Positions 1-8,226 of a stretch of DNA of 64,000 nt are shown one piece after another. The translations under genes and the position numbers were made by a program. Source of the stretch: an uncultured bacterium (GTDB lineage: Bacteria; Actinomycetota; Actinomycetes; S36-B12); the NCBI GenBank assembly GCA_963707385.1, contig CAVPPK010000006.1, positions 262,676 through 326,675 of the forward strand, given 5' to 3'. The notes beneath the pieces are model-generated. The model saw only the letters and a program-made list of their open reading frames with translations, had not been told where the DNA came from and made no database searches. Position 1 is the stretch's first letter, and the number at the start of each line of letters is the position of its first letter.

Positions 1-208
1 CGACGAGGACGAGCTCGGGGACGGGCAGGCCCAGGCTCCGGGCGAGTCCGGCCGACACCACCTCGGCGACGAGGGCCTTGCGACCCTGACCGGCTCCGCG
101 GAACTTCACGACGTAGGTGCCGAGGTCGTCGGCCTCCATCAGGCCGGGCAGCGATCCGCCCTCGCGCAGCGGCGTCACGTACCGCGTGGCGATCACCTGG
201 GGGAGCAC
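1..208 (-). CDS. HipA-like kinase family protein, N-terminal part (runs off window start)
   Basis: Not in the ORF track; manual translation gives MLPQVIATRYVTPLREGGSLPGLMEADDLGTYVVKFRGAGQGRKALVAEVV, the REGGSLP / YVxKFRGAGQG signature of the actinobacterial HipA-like kinases usually paired with DUF3037. Leaderless -10 TAGCCT 6 nt before the GTG. Confidence 0.8.
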   Translation of the reverse strand, partial: MLPQVIATRYVTPLREGGSLPGLMEADDLGTYVVKFRGAGQGRKALVAEVVSAGLARSLGLPVPELVLV

Positions 209-227
209 GGCCCGAGGCTACCCGTGA

Positions 228-824
228 TCAGGTCTTCGCGGTCGCCCGTCGCGCGCGCACGACTCGTCGCACGACCCACCTGTTCTTGCCGATCCTCCGG
301 TCGCGCTCGAATCCGTGCTGCTCGAACAGCGCGAGGGTCGCGTTGTGCAGGAAGGAGCCGGAGACCTTGCGGCCGTCGGTGTCCTCCGGGTAGCTCTCCA
401 CAGTGCCGCCGCCGAGGCGGGCGATCTGCGTCAGCGCACCACCCAGTGCCGCCGAGGCGACGCCCTTGCCGCGGTGTCCCTTGTCGACGTAGAAGCAGGT
501 GATGCGCCACGTCGGGGGCTCCGGCGGATCGGCCTCGTACGCCCGGCGGCTCTTGATTCGCGGCAGCTCCTCCAGCGAGCCGAACTGGCACCAGCCCAGG
601 CAGGTGTCCCCGTCGAAGACCAGGGCGGCGTGTGCCCGGCCCTCCCGGACGCGGCACTCCTTGTCGGCGCGGTTCCGCTCGGGCGTCCGGTCCTTGTCCG
701 TCACGCCCTCAGGGTGGAAGCCCATGCACCAGCAGCCACCCCAGACGCCGTTGTTCCGCTCGACCAGTGCGGCGAACGCCGGCCACGTCGATTCGTCAAG
801 CGGGGTGGTGCGCAGGCCGGGCAT
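228..824 (-). CDS. GNAT family N-acetyltransferase
   Basis: GCWCMGFH N-terminal motif, CFYVDKGHRGKGVA acetyl-CoA motif A, VESYPED, FEQHGF. Confidence 0.88.
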   Translation of the reverse strand: MPGLRTTPLDESTWPAFAALVERNNGVWGGCWCMGFHPEGVTDKDRTPERNRADKECRVREGRAHAALVFDGDTCLGWCQFGSLEELPRIKSRRAYEADPPEPPTWRITCFYVDKGHRGKGVASAALGGALTQIARLGGGTVESYPEDTDGRKVSGSFLHNATLALFEQHGFERDRRIGKNRWVVRRVVRARRATAKT

Positions 825-864
825 CGGCGTCGTCCTCCGGGCTCAGGTTGAGAGCGACGCTACC

Positions 865-1915
865 TCAGCGCGAGCCCCAGGGGCCCGCATCATTCCGCGC
901 GGTGCGGACGGCGACCAGCGCCCAGACCGACGCCAGTACGACGGTGGCAGCCGCGCCCAGCACCTGGACGATGACGATGTCGGTTGCCGTTCCCACCGCA
1001 GCGATCGAGAGTGTCATGGCGCCAATGGGGAAGACGAACCCCCACCAGCCCGGATGGACGGGCGGGCCCCCGGCCGCGCGGATGCGGCGAAGCTCGAGCC
1101 CGGCGAACGCCGCCCACCACAGGCCGAAGCCGATGCCCATGGCCGACACGACCAGCCCGGCCGTCGCGCCCGTGAAGCCCGGCACCCCGGCTGCCTCCGC
1201 GGACTGCTGCAGGCGGAGCAGTGCGAGGCCCATGACGCCCGCCGGGCGCGAGCGGGATCCACAAGGACGGCGCCATCCCGGCGGGCAGCGGCTCACGCAG
1301 CGCGAGCCGGGCGATGAGGAGGGTGAGCATGGCGACGAAGAGCAGCATCCCGATGCCGTAGAAGGCGAAGCCGACGAGCACGAGTGCCGGTGCAGCCGAG
1401 GGGTTGGCGACGATGAGGGGCGCCAGCGCGACGGGCACGAGGAGGTTCATGACGGGTGGGATCAGCCAGCCGCCGTTGACGCTCTCGAGACCCGGGGTGC
1501 CGCGCAGCATGGCGGCCGACCACAGCAAGCCCATGGCGAGCGCGAGGATCGCGCCGATGACGAGCAGGGTTCCGGCGATCCAGAGGGCGACCCCGTCGGG
1601 GACGATCTCGGTGCCGACGCGCCCCCAGCCGGCGGCGAGCACCAGGAGCCCGGCCGGCAGCGTGGCGAGCATCGGGCCGGCAGCGGGGTTGGCGATCTCC
1701 AGCGCGAGCGCGTTCCGATCGCCGAGCCTGTGCACGTAACGGGGGAGCAGGACGACGGCCAGGAACGACGCGAGAAGGAGGGCGACCGTCGCGAGCCACG
1801 ACAGCCACTGCGCGTCCCACGTTGCCGACTGTGCGGCCAGGGCGAGCGCGAGTGCTCCCGTGCCCATGACCGATCCGTACCAGGCCGGGTGGCGATGCGG
1901 CTGAACCTGCGACAT
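865..1915 (-). CDS. TDT/SLAC1 family (tellurite resistance/C4-dicarboxylate/sulfite exporter) membrane transporter, frameshift near 1250
   Basis: PAWYGSVMGTG, GGWLIPPV, SLWIPLAP in ORF 890..1915 and GWWGFVFPIGA in ORF 865..1296; about 10 hydrophobic segments. Confidence 0.82.
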
Positions 1916-1928
1916 GTCGTTCCTCCCT

Positions 1929-1944
1929 ATACCCCCCTGGGTAT
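1929..1944. promoter_or_regulatory. CsoR/CstR/RicR-type operator copy 1, ATACCCCCCTGGGTAT
   Basis: 16-bp ATACC-N6-GGTAT palindrome between the divergent TDT and CxxC membrane protein genes; overlaps a TATACT -10 at 1942-1947. Confidence 0.8.
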
Positions 1945-1955
1945 ACTACCGAGCC

Positions 1956-2455
1956 ATGACGGGGAATGGACGGCGGTGCTGCGGTGGCCGCGCCGCCGAT
2001 GGGGCGTGGCCGTGGTCGGTGGCCTCGTCACCGGCCTCCTTGTCGCCCTGCCCACCGCGGTGATCCCGAACCCCGTCTTCGGCCGCGAGATCGGCGTGAC
2101 GTGGTGGTCGTATCCCGTGGTGATCGTCACGGCGGTTCTGGGCGGCCTGCTCATCGCGACCTACGTGCGTGCGGCTGGCGTCGGCCCCGATCCGTCGGAC
2201 GCAGCGGAGTCCGACGAGCTGGACCGGGCGTCGAAGCTCGGGATGGCCGGAGCGCTGGTGTCGTTCTTCGCCGTGGGCTGTCCCGTGTGCAACAAGCTCG
2301 TCCTGCTGGCCCTCGGCACGTCGGGTGCCATCACCTGGTTCGCCCCGATCCAGGGGTACCTCGCCCTCGCGTCGGTGGTGCTGATGGTCGTGGCCCTGCG
2401 CGCCCGGCTGCGCGGGGAGATCGCCTGCTCGGTCCCGGCCCGGCCACGCGACTGA
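1956..2455 (+). CDS. Conserved membrane protein with GCPVCNK (CxxC) motif
   Basis: 3' part of ORF 632..2455: four TM segments, PTAVIPNPVFGREI, FFAVGCPVCNKLVLLALG. ATG at 1956 is one G short of in-frame (homopolymer error likely), so the start is uncertain. Confidence 0.72.
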
Positions 2456-2470
2456 TACCCCCCGGGGTAT
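2455..2470. promoter_or_regulatory. CsoR/CstR/RicR-type operator copy 2, ATACCCCCCGGGGTAT
   Basis: Same palindrome, just upstream of an extended -10 (TGcTACTCT, 2472-2480) for the Cys-rich microprotein. Confidence 0.8.
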
Positions 2471-2519
2471 GTGCTACTCTTCCCGAACTCGGATCCCCGG
2501 ACGGAAGAAGGACACTCGT

Positions 2520-2690
2520 ATGTGCCGCCAGACCACCTGCAAGCTGTGCAAGAAGGCGACGTGGGCGGGCTGCGGCCAGCACAGGAACGAGGTCCTTCGC
2601 GGGGTTCCCAAGAACCAGCGCTGCGCCTGCACCGCCGCCGACAAGGAGGCCGCTCGCAAGGGCAGCTTCTTCGGCCGCATCTTCGGCTGA
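2520..2690 (+). CDS. Small cysteine-rich protein (56 aa), uncharacterised
   Basis: MCRQTTCKLCKKATWAGCGQH...QRCAC...SFFGRIFG; SD-like GAAGGA upstream; GC3-rich codon use. Confidence 0.75.
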   Translation: MCRQTTCKLCKKATWAGCGQHRNEVLRGVPKNQRCACTAADKEAARKGSFFGRIFG

Positions 2691-2710
2691 GCGCGACCGC
2701 GCGCCCGCGG

Positions 2711-3494
2711 CTAGTGGACGAGGCGCGAGCGGAGCCGCTCGGCCAGCTCCTCGTCGACGACGGAGTCCGGATCGCGCAGCCGGTTCAGGTGATCGCGCAC
2801 GCCCACGAGTGCCGCGAGCAGCGGCGGGCAGGTCGGGCACGTCTCCAGGTGCTGCTCGAGCATCCGCGTCGGTGTCGGCATCGACCTCGCCGTCCAGGTA
2901 GTCCGACACCCTGCTGCGCGCATCCCAGCAGCGCAGCGGCACGCCCTTGAGGTTCTGCCGGCGCTCATGCCCGTGCGCCAGCGCCGTGACGAGCGTCATC
3001 CGGCCCCGGCGAAGACGCTGCTTCGCGGCCGGCAGGTCGACGCCGCTGATCTCGGCGATCTCCTTCACGGTGAGTCCCTCCATGTCGTGGAGCACGACCA
3101 TCGCCCGGTAGATGGCGGGGATCCGCACGAGGGCGTCCTCGAGCTCCTCGCGGGTCTCGGCGGCCAGCACGACGTCGGCGGCATCGACGGTGTACTCGTC
3201 GGACATCCACTTCGTCTCGACGTCCTCGACGGCGATCTCGCGGTCGCGCCGCGACCTGTCGATGGCGAGGTTGTGCACCACGCGTCGAAGCCACGCGTCC
3301 ATGTCCTGGACGTCGCGCAGGTCATCCCGACGCTCGAAGGCGCGCAGCAGCGCCTCCTGGGCGAGATCCTCCGCGAGGTCCTGGTCGCGCGTGATCGACC
3401 GGGCGAAGCGGACGAGAGCCGGGCCGCGGGAAGCCAGGTAGTCGCCCGCGGCCTCGTCGTCGTCCGTCCAGGGATGCGTTGTCACGTCGGCCAT
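2711..3494 (-). CDS. ECF sigma-70 factor with fused C-terminal zinc-binding anti-sigma (HxxxCxxC) domain, frameshift near 2870
   Basis: Region 2 DLAEDLAQEALLRA..AWLRRVVHNLAID; region 4 LTVKEIAEISGVDLPAAKQRLRRGR; then CWDARSRVSDYLDGE and, in ORF 2711..2968, LEQHLETCPTC. Confidence 0.85.
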
Positions 3495-3515
3495 TGTCCG
3501 CGGCTGCTGCCTCGC

Positions 3516-3722
3516 TCAGGCGCGGACCTTGCAGGTCGACACGCCGAAGACCCGGTACAGCGGGCAGAAGCCGACGGCGGCGGTGACGAGCATGATGCCG
3601 CCGACCACGAGCAGGAGCCATGAGCCGATGCTCCCGAAGCCGACAGCCGCGGCGCCTGCGACAGCCGCGATCGCGATGACGATGCGGATGATGCGATCGA
3701 CGCCGTTCATGTTCTTCTCCAT
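3516..3722 (-). CDS. DUF2892 (YgaP-like) membrane protein
   Basis: NMNGVDRIIR...TAAVGFCPLYRVFGVSTC signature; SD GAGGAGAAGG. Confidence 0.88.
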   Translation of the reverse strand: MEKNMNGVDRIIRIVIAIAAVAGAAAVGFGSIGSWLLLVVGGIMLVTAAVGFCPLYRVFGVSTCKVRA

Positions 3723-3801
3723 GACCTTCTCCTCGTGCAGTGGTCGACCTGGTGGTGACCGTCTACTGAGAAGACGCAGCAACGACCCGGAGGGATACTG
3801 A

Positions 3802-4536
3802 ATGGCGACAGGTCAGGACCAAGGTCCTGCCGTGGGAACGGCGGGCAGGACGGAGACATCGGTGCACGACCCTGGGGGCCAGCTTCCCCCGTGGCGTGCT
3901 GTGACGGTGGTCATCGCGCATCCCGACGACGAGTCGTTCGGCCTCGGGGCCGTCATCGATGCGTTCGTCCGCTCGGGCTCGACGGTCACCGTGCTGTGCT
4001 TCACCCAGGGCGAGGCATCGACCCTGGGGGCCGATGCGGACGATCTCGCGAGCGTGCGGGCCCTGGAGCTCGCCGACGCGGCGCGAGCCCTCGGCGTCGT
4101 CGACGTCGAGCTCCTCGACTTCGCCGACGGCGGTCTCGACACGGAGGCCAGCGCCGAGCTGGTCGACCGCGTCACCCGCCACTGCCACCGGCATCGACCC
4201 GAAGGGCTGCTGGTGTTCGACCCGTCCGGGATCACCGGGCATCGGGACCATCAAGCCGCCACGGCGGCGGCCGTCCATGCGGCCCGGCAGCTGGACCTGC
4301 CGGTCCTTGCCTGGGCGCTGCCGGCAGGCGATCGCGGACCAGCTCAGCGAGGAGACCGGTGTCCGGTTCCACGGGCGCACCGAGACGAGCTCGACCTCCG
4401 CATCACCGTCAGCCGCGAGCGCCAGCGCGAGGCGGTGTCGTGCCACCCGAGTCAGGCCGTGCCGGGCAGCGCGCTGTGGCGTCGGCTGGAGCTTCAGGGC
4501 GACGCCGAGCACCTGATGTGGCTCGTTCGCGACTAG
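3802..4536 (+). CDS. PIG-L/LmbE family deacetylase (MshB/Mca-like fold)
   Basis: AHPDDESFG, TQGEAS, GITGHRDH, CHPSQ motifs; two compensating frameshifts near 4325-4380; start uncertain. Confidence 0.82.
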   Translation: MATGQDQGPAVGTAGRTETSVHDPGGQLPPWRAVTVVIAHPDDESFGLGAVIDAFVRSGSTVTVLCFTQGEASTLGADADDLASVRALELADAARALGVVDVELLDFADGGLDTEASAELVDRVTRHCHRHRPEGLLVFDPSGITGHRDHQAATAAAVHAARQLDLPVLAWALPAGDRGPAQRGDRCPVPRAHRDELDLRITVSRERQREAVSCHPSQAVPGSALWRRLELQGDAEHLMWLVRD

Positions 4537-4552
4537 CGCGAGCCGTCGGCCG

Positions 4553-4894
4553 TCAGGCGGGCTGGAGCGCCGAGCGCACCGCCGCGCGGGCGTTGCCGGC
4601 GTGATCCGTGTGCAGGGTGACGCCCTTGGCCTCGAGGGAGCGACGCATGTTGTCGCACACGTCCGCGGCGACGACGTCGGTGACCCCGTTGTCCTGCATG
4701 AACCGCATGACGCGCGCGTGGTGGTTGCCCATCACGTCCACGCCGTAGGTCTGGTCCCAGCCGACCGCATGCTCGGTCCAGTCGGCGATCTCGCCGTCGC
4801 GCAGGACGCAGGTGGCGACGAAGGGCGCCTTGCCCAGGCGCTCGAACACCGCGCCCTCGGCGGTGACGGGGATGGCGATGGTCATCTCGTTCAT
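4553..4894 (-). CDS. NifB/NifX (dinitrogenase FeMo-cofactor biosynthesis) family small protein
   Basis: IAIPV..EGAVFERLGKAPF...HHARVMRFMQDNGVTDVVA...MRRSLEAKGV pattern; SD GGAG before ATG 4894. Confidence 0.65.
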   Translation of the reverse strand: MNEMTIAIPVTAEGAVFERLGKAPFVATCVLRDGEIADWTEHAVGWDQTYGVDVMGNHHARVMRFMQDNGVTDVVAADVCDNMRRSLEAKGVTLHTDHAGNARAAVRSALQPA

Positions 4895-4907
4895 GGTCAC
4901 TCCGCTC

Positions 4908-4934
4908 AATTATTGAGAATTATTCTCAATAATT
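4908..4934. promoter_or_regulatory. Zur box: perfect 13-1-13 palindrome AATTATTGAGAAT-T-ATTCTCAATAATT
   Basis: Checked base by base; core TGAGAATnATTCTCA is the Fur-family 7-1-7 form; AT-rich island between zur and the NifX-like gene. Confidence 0.88.
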
Positions 4935-4995
4935 CGAGGGTACGCCGAATCGGCCGGGGATGCGTGACGAGCGCGCGGGTGAGACGCACGCCACC

Positions 4996-5403
4996 TCACT
5001 CGCCGACTCCAGCCTCCGCGCGGCAGCTGGCGCAGCGGCCGAAGACCTCGAGCGTGTGGCTCACCTCGTCGTAGCCGTGCGCGGCCGCGGTCTGGTTCGA
5101 CCAGCGCTCGACGACGGGACCGACGATCTCGACCGTCGCCCCGCAGGTGCGGCAGACGAGGTGGTGATGGTGGTGCGGGCTGCAGGTGCGGTAGACGGTC
5201 TCGCCGTCGGCGCGGACGATGACGTCGACGTCGCCGGCGACGGACAGGGCCCGCAGCGTGCGATAGACGGTGGCGCGTCCGACATGGTCTCCCTGGGCGG
5301 TCAGCGTCTCGTGGATCTCCTGCGCCGAGCGGAAGTCGTCGAAGCGGGCGAGGGCGGCGGCCACGAGTCGGCGTTGGCGCGTGTCACGCACTCCGATGGT
5401 CAT
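4996..5403 (-). CDS. zur: Fur family zinc uptake regulator (Zur/FurB)
   Basis: GVRDTRQR..DDFRSAQEIH..TVYRTL..HHHHHLVCRTCG..VSHTLEVFGRCASC closely follows mycobacterial Zur/FurB. Confidence 0.85.
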   Translation of the reverse strand: MTIGVRDTRQRRLVAAALARFDDFRSAQEIHETLTAQGDHVGRATVYRTLRALSVAGDVDVIVRADGETVYRTCSPHHHHHLVCRTCGATVEIVGPVVERWSNQTAAAHGYDEVSHTLEVFGRCASCRAEAGVGE

Positions 5404-5462
5404 CGTGCTCCTCCCGGCTGCGGACTACGGCGAGGGCAGCATGCCACGCACGAGCGAGGGCG

Positions 5463-6077
5463 TCACCGATCCTGCCGCCCGCAGGCAGGACAGACGGGTC
5501 GCTGGGTACGGCGGAAGACGGTGGTCGACCATCGGTGCCCGCACGCCGAGCACCGCCACGGCAGGCGGGCGCTCGAGCCGGGCCGGTAGGCGGACGGGTC
5601 CCAGCCGTCGGCCTCGGCCGCGATCGCGGGATGCGTGTCGGCGAGGGAGCCACCGGGGTCCGGACGCCGGCGCGCGCGTCCGCCGGCACCGCGTGCGCAC
5701 ACGGGGCAGCCGGAGCCCTTGGTGCGGTTGTGGATGGTGGCCTCCCACTCGTGTCCCTGCGGTCCCCGCCACCGGACCTTCGTCCGGCTGCCGTGGGTGT
5801 AGTCGTCGGGGTTGGACGGCGGCAGCATCTGGGCCGCGATCTCCGGGTGGGTCTGGCTCAGTGGCGGGTGGGCGTGCTGGCTGCAGGTGGGGCACGGGCG
5901 ATGCCCGCGCGAACGTGCCCTCACCTCAGCGGTCCAGGTCGTGTCGCACGCCGCGCAGCGCCACGCGAGCCGAGCGCGGGACCCGGCGCTGACGAGGGTC
6001 GCGTCCCAGCCGTCCGCCTCGGCCGACACGTCGGGACGTACGTCGGCGAGGGAGCGTCCCGGGGGTGGCGCGGCCAT
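5463..6077 (-). CDS. Zinc-ribbon domain protein (DUF4379-like), three repeats
   Basis: Three repeats of SLA..HP.IAAE..W...GS...WRCxxC..W.....R....CPxC; leaderless -10 TATGGT 6 nt before the ATG. Confidence 0.78.
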   Translation of the reverse strand: MAAPPPGRSLADVRPDVSAEADGWDATLVSAGSRARLAWRCAACDTTWTAEVRARSRGHRPCPTCSQHAHPPLSQTHPEIAAQMLPPSNPDDYTHGSRTKVRWRGPQGHEWEATIHNRTKGSGCPVCARGAGGRARRRPDPGGSLADTHPAIAAEADGWDPSAYRPGSSARLPWRCSACGHRWSTTVFRRTQRPVCPACGRQDR

Positions 6078-6086
6078 GAAGCGACC

Positions 6087-6102
6087 ATACCCCCGGGGGT
6101 AT
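6087..6102. promoter_or_regulatory. CsoR/CstR/RicR-type operator copy 3, perfect palindrome ATACCCCCGGGGGTAT
   Basis: Lies in the 34-bp gap between two divergent leaderless genes; each half overlaps one -10 (TATCAT on +, TATGGT on -). Confidence 0.85.
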
Positions 6103-6111
6103 CATGAACGC

Positions 6112-6489
6112 ATGCTGACGATGCCTGTCTTCCTGTTCGACGCCGACTGCGGTCTCTGCCAGACCGGGACGGACCGCATTCGACGCACCGTCGCGCCGCC
6201 CGTGGAGATCGTGGCGTACCAGTCCGTCGACCTCGGCTCCCTCGGCGTCTCCCAGGCGGACGTGGAGACGGGCCCGGTACTGGTCCGCCTGGACGGCACT
6301 CACGTCGTGGGACCGGGCGCCATGGCCGAGCTTCTGGCCACGGCACGCTCCCCTCATCGGCAGGCGGGGCGGGCCATGCAGCTTCCCGGCATCCGACAGG
6401 CCTTGGCAGCCATCGGTCCGGTCATGTACCGCAACAAGCACCGGCTCCCCGGTGCGCGCGGCTGTCGAGTGGTGCACCAGCCCGCATAA
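6112..6489 (+). CDS. DCC1-like thiol-disulfide oxidoreductase family (DUF393)
   Basis: FLFDADCGLC (DxxCxxC) N-terminal motif and YRNKHRLPG..C C-terminus. Confidence 0.8.
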   Translation: MLTMPVFLFDADCGLCQTGTDRIRRTVAPPVEIVAYQSVDLGSLGVSQADVETGPVLVRLDGTHVVGPGAMAELLATARSPHRQAGRAMQLPGIRQALAAIGPVMYRNKHRLPGARGCRVVHQPA

Positions 6490-6536
6490 GTGCCCTTCAT
6501 CAGTGGCTGACTCCTAGGGTGGGAACTGTCCCACTC

Positions 6537-6552
6537 ATACCTCCGGGGGTAT
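6537..6552. promoter_or_regulatory. CsoR/CstR/RicR-type operator copy 4, ATACCTCCGGGGGTAT
   Basis: Ends 1 nt before the sqr ATG; candidate -10 TAGGGT at 6515-6520. Confidence 0.82.
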
Positions 6553-6553
6553 C

Positions 6554-8011
6554 ATGGCTCGTACCGTCATCCTCGGCGCAGGCGTCGCCGGCCACACCGC
6601 CGCGCTGCACCTGCGTCGAATGGTCGGCCCGGAGCACGATGTGGTCGTCGTCGCGCCCAACTCCCAGTGGAACTGGATCCCCTCGAACATCTGGGTCGGT
6701 GTCGGCCAGATGACCGTCACGCAGGTCACCTTCCCGCTCGCTCCCGTGTACCGGCGCAAGGGCATCGAGTTCCATCAGGCACTCGCCACCGAGCTGCACG
6801 GCGCGGGCAGCCCCGACCTGCTCCGCCCGCATGTGACGGTGCGCTACACGGACCCGGCGCGAGAGGGTCAGGTCGCGAACCTCGAGTACGACTACCTCAT
6901 CAACGCCACGGGACCGAAGCTCAACTTCGGGGCGACACCCGGGCTCGGCCCCGACGGGCACACGTGGTCGGTCTGCACCGCGGGGCACGCGGTCGAGACG
7001 GCCAAGGCCTTCGACGATGTGGTCGCCAGGCTCAAGGGCGGCGAGCACCAGACCCTGCTGATCGGCATGGGTCATGGCACCTGCACCTGCCAGGGTGCCG
7101 CCTTCGAGTACACCTTCAACGTCGAGCACGAGCTGGTGAAGGAGGGCGTGCGCGACCGGGCGGACGTCATCTACATCACCAATGAGAGCCAGCTGGGCGA
7201 CTTCGGCATGGACGGCATGAACTTCGGCCACAAGGGCGCCGTCATCCCCAGCCAGATGTTCACCGAGTCGCTCTTCCAGGAGCGAGGCGTCAAGGCGATC
7301 ATGTCGGCCCACGTCGAGAAGGTCGAGCCCGGAGTCGTCCACTACGAGCAGGTCGACGGCACCAAGGGCGAGCAGCCCTTCGACTTCGCGATGCTGCTGC
7401 CGCCCTTCCGCGGCGCCGACCTCACGGCGTTCGATGCCGATGGCGGCGACATCACGACCGAGGTCTTCGCGCCGAGCGGCTTCATGAAGGTCGACGCCGA
7501 CTACAGCCCGAAGCCGTACGAGGAGTGGAAGGCGAGCGACTGGCCCAGGACCTACCAGTCGGTGCGGTACGACAACGTCTGGGCAGCCGGCATCGCGTTC
7601 GCGCCACCCCACCAGATGTCGCGGCCGCAGACCAGCCCCAACGGCACCCTGATCGCGCCCGCGCCTCCGCGCACCGGCATGCCGTCGGGCGTCATCGGCC
7701 GGGCCGTGGCACAGACCATCGCGCAGCGCATCAAGCACGGGGCGGGCGGCAAGGTCCATACCGCGTCGATGGCCGACATGGGTGCGGCGTGCATCGCCTC
7801 CGCGGGCAAGGGCTGGCGCACGGGCACGGCTGCCGCCATGACGGTCTTCCCGATCATCCCCGACAAGGAGAAGTATGGGGAGATGGGACGCGACACCAAG
7901 GAGACGTACGGGGAGATCGGCCTGAGCGCCCACTGGATGAAGGTGATGCTGCACTACCTGTTCATCTACAAGGCCAAGGCGCGACCGTTCTGGTACCTCA
8001 TCCCCGAGTAG
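6554..8011 (+). CDS. sqr: Sulfide:quinone oxidoreductase family flavoprotein
   Basis: ILGAGVAG FAD motif, WIPSNIWVGVG, YDYLINATG, cysteines in SVCTAGHA, TCQGAAFE and AACIA, PRTGMPS, amphipathic C-terminal HWMKVMLHYLFIYK. Confidence 0.85.
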   Translation: MARTVILGAGVAGHTAALHLRRMVGPEHDVVVVAPNSQWNWIPSNIWVGVGQMTVTQVTFPLAPVYRRKGIEFHQALATELHGAGSPDLLRPHVTVRYTDPAREGQVANLEYDYLINATGPKLNFGATPGLGPDGHTWSVCTAGHAVETAKAFDDVVARLKGGEHQTLLIGMGHGTCTCQGAAFEYTFNVEHELVKEGVRDRADVIYITNESQLGDFGMDGMNFGHKGAVIPSQMFTESLFQERGVKAIMSAHVEKVEPGVVHYEQVDGTKGEQPFDFAMLLPPFRGADLTAFDADGGDITTEVFAPSGFMKVDADYSPKPYEEWKASDWPRTYQSVRYDNVWAAGIAFAPPHQMSRPQTSPNGTLIAPAPPRTGMPSGVIGRAVAQTIAQRIKHGAGGKVHTASMADMGAACIASAGKGWRTGTAAAMTVFPIIPDKEKYGEMGRDTKETYGEIGLSAHWMKVMLHYLFIYKAKARPFWYLIPE

Positions 8012-8037
8012 CCGAGACTGCGATCGAAAGGCCGGCC

Positions 8038-8181
8038 ATGAGCAACCTCACCACCTTCCCCCAGGCTCGAGTTCCCACGGACAGCGAGCTGCGGGCGCGA
8101 AGGAATGTCGTCGTGCAGGCCTGGCGCTTCGCCCTGCTCAATCTGAAGATGATCCTGATGGTCACCAAGGGCCACCACTGA
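8038..8181 (+). CDS. Small protein (47 aa) directly downstream of sqr
   Basis: MSNLTTFPQARVPTDSELRARRNVVVQAWRFALLNLKMILMVTKGHH; SD GAAAGG; fills the sqr-to-reductase gap. Confidence 0.68.
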   Translation: MSNLTTFPQARVPTDSELRARRNVVVQAWRFALLNLKMILMVTKGHH

Positions 8182-8226
8182 ACGAGCCTGCGATCGCACG
8201 GCGACGCAGCGGAGAAGGGTTCCACA

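Noticed and set aside
3783..3800. CGACCCGGAGGGATAC as a fifth CsoR-type operator
   Set aside because: Lacks the ATACC left arm and the spacing; more likely just promoter sequence.
4553..4894. Evidence for nitrogen fixation from the NifB/NifX-like gene
   Set aside because: No nif structural genes; this domain is common in non-diazotrophs.
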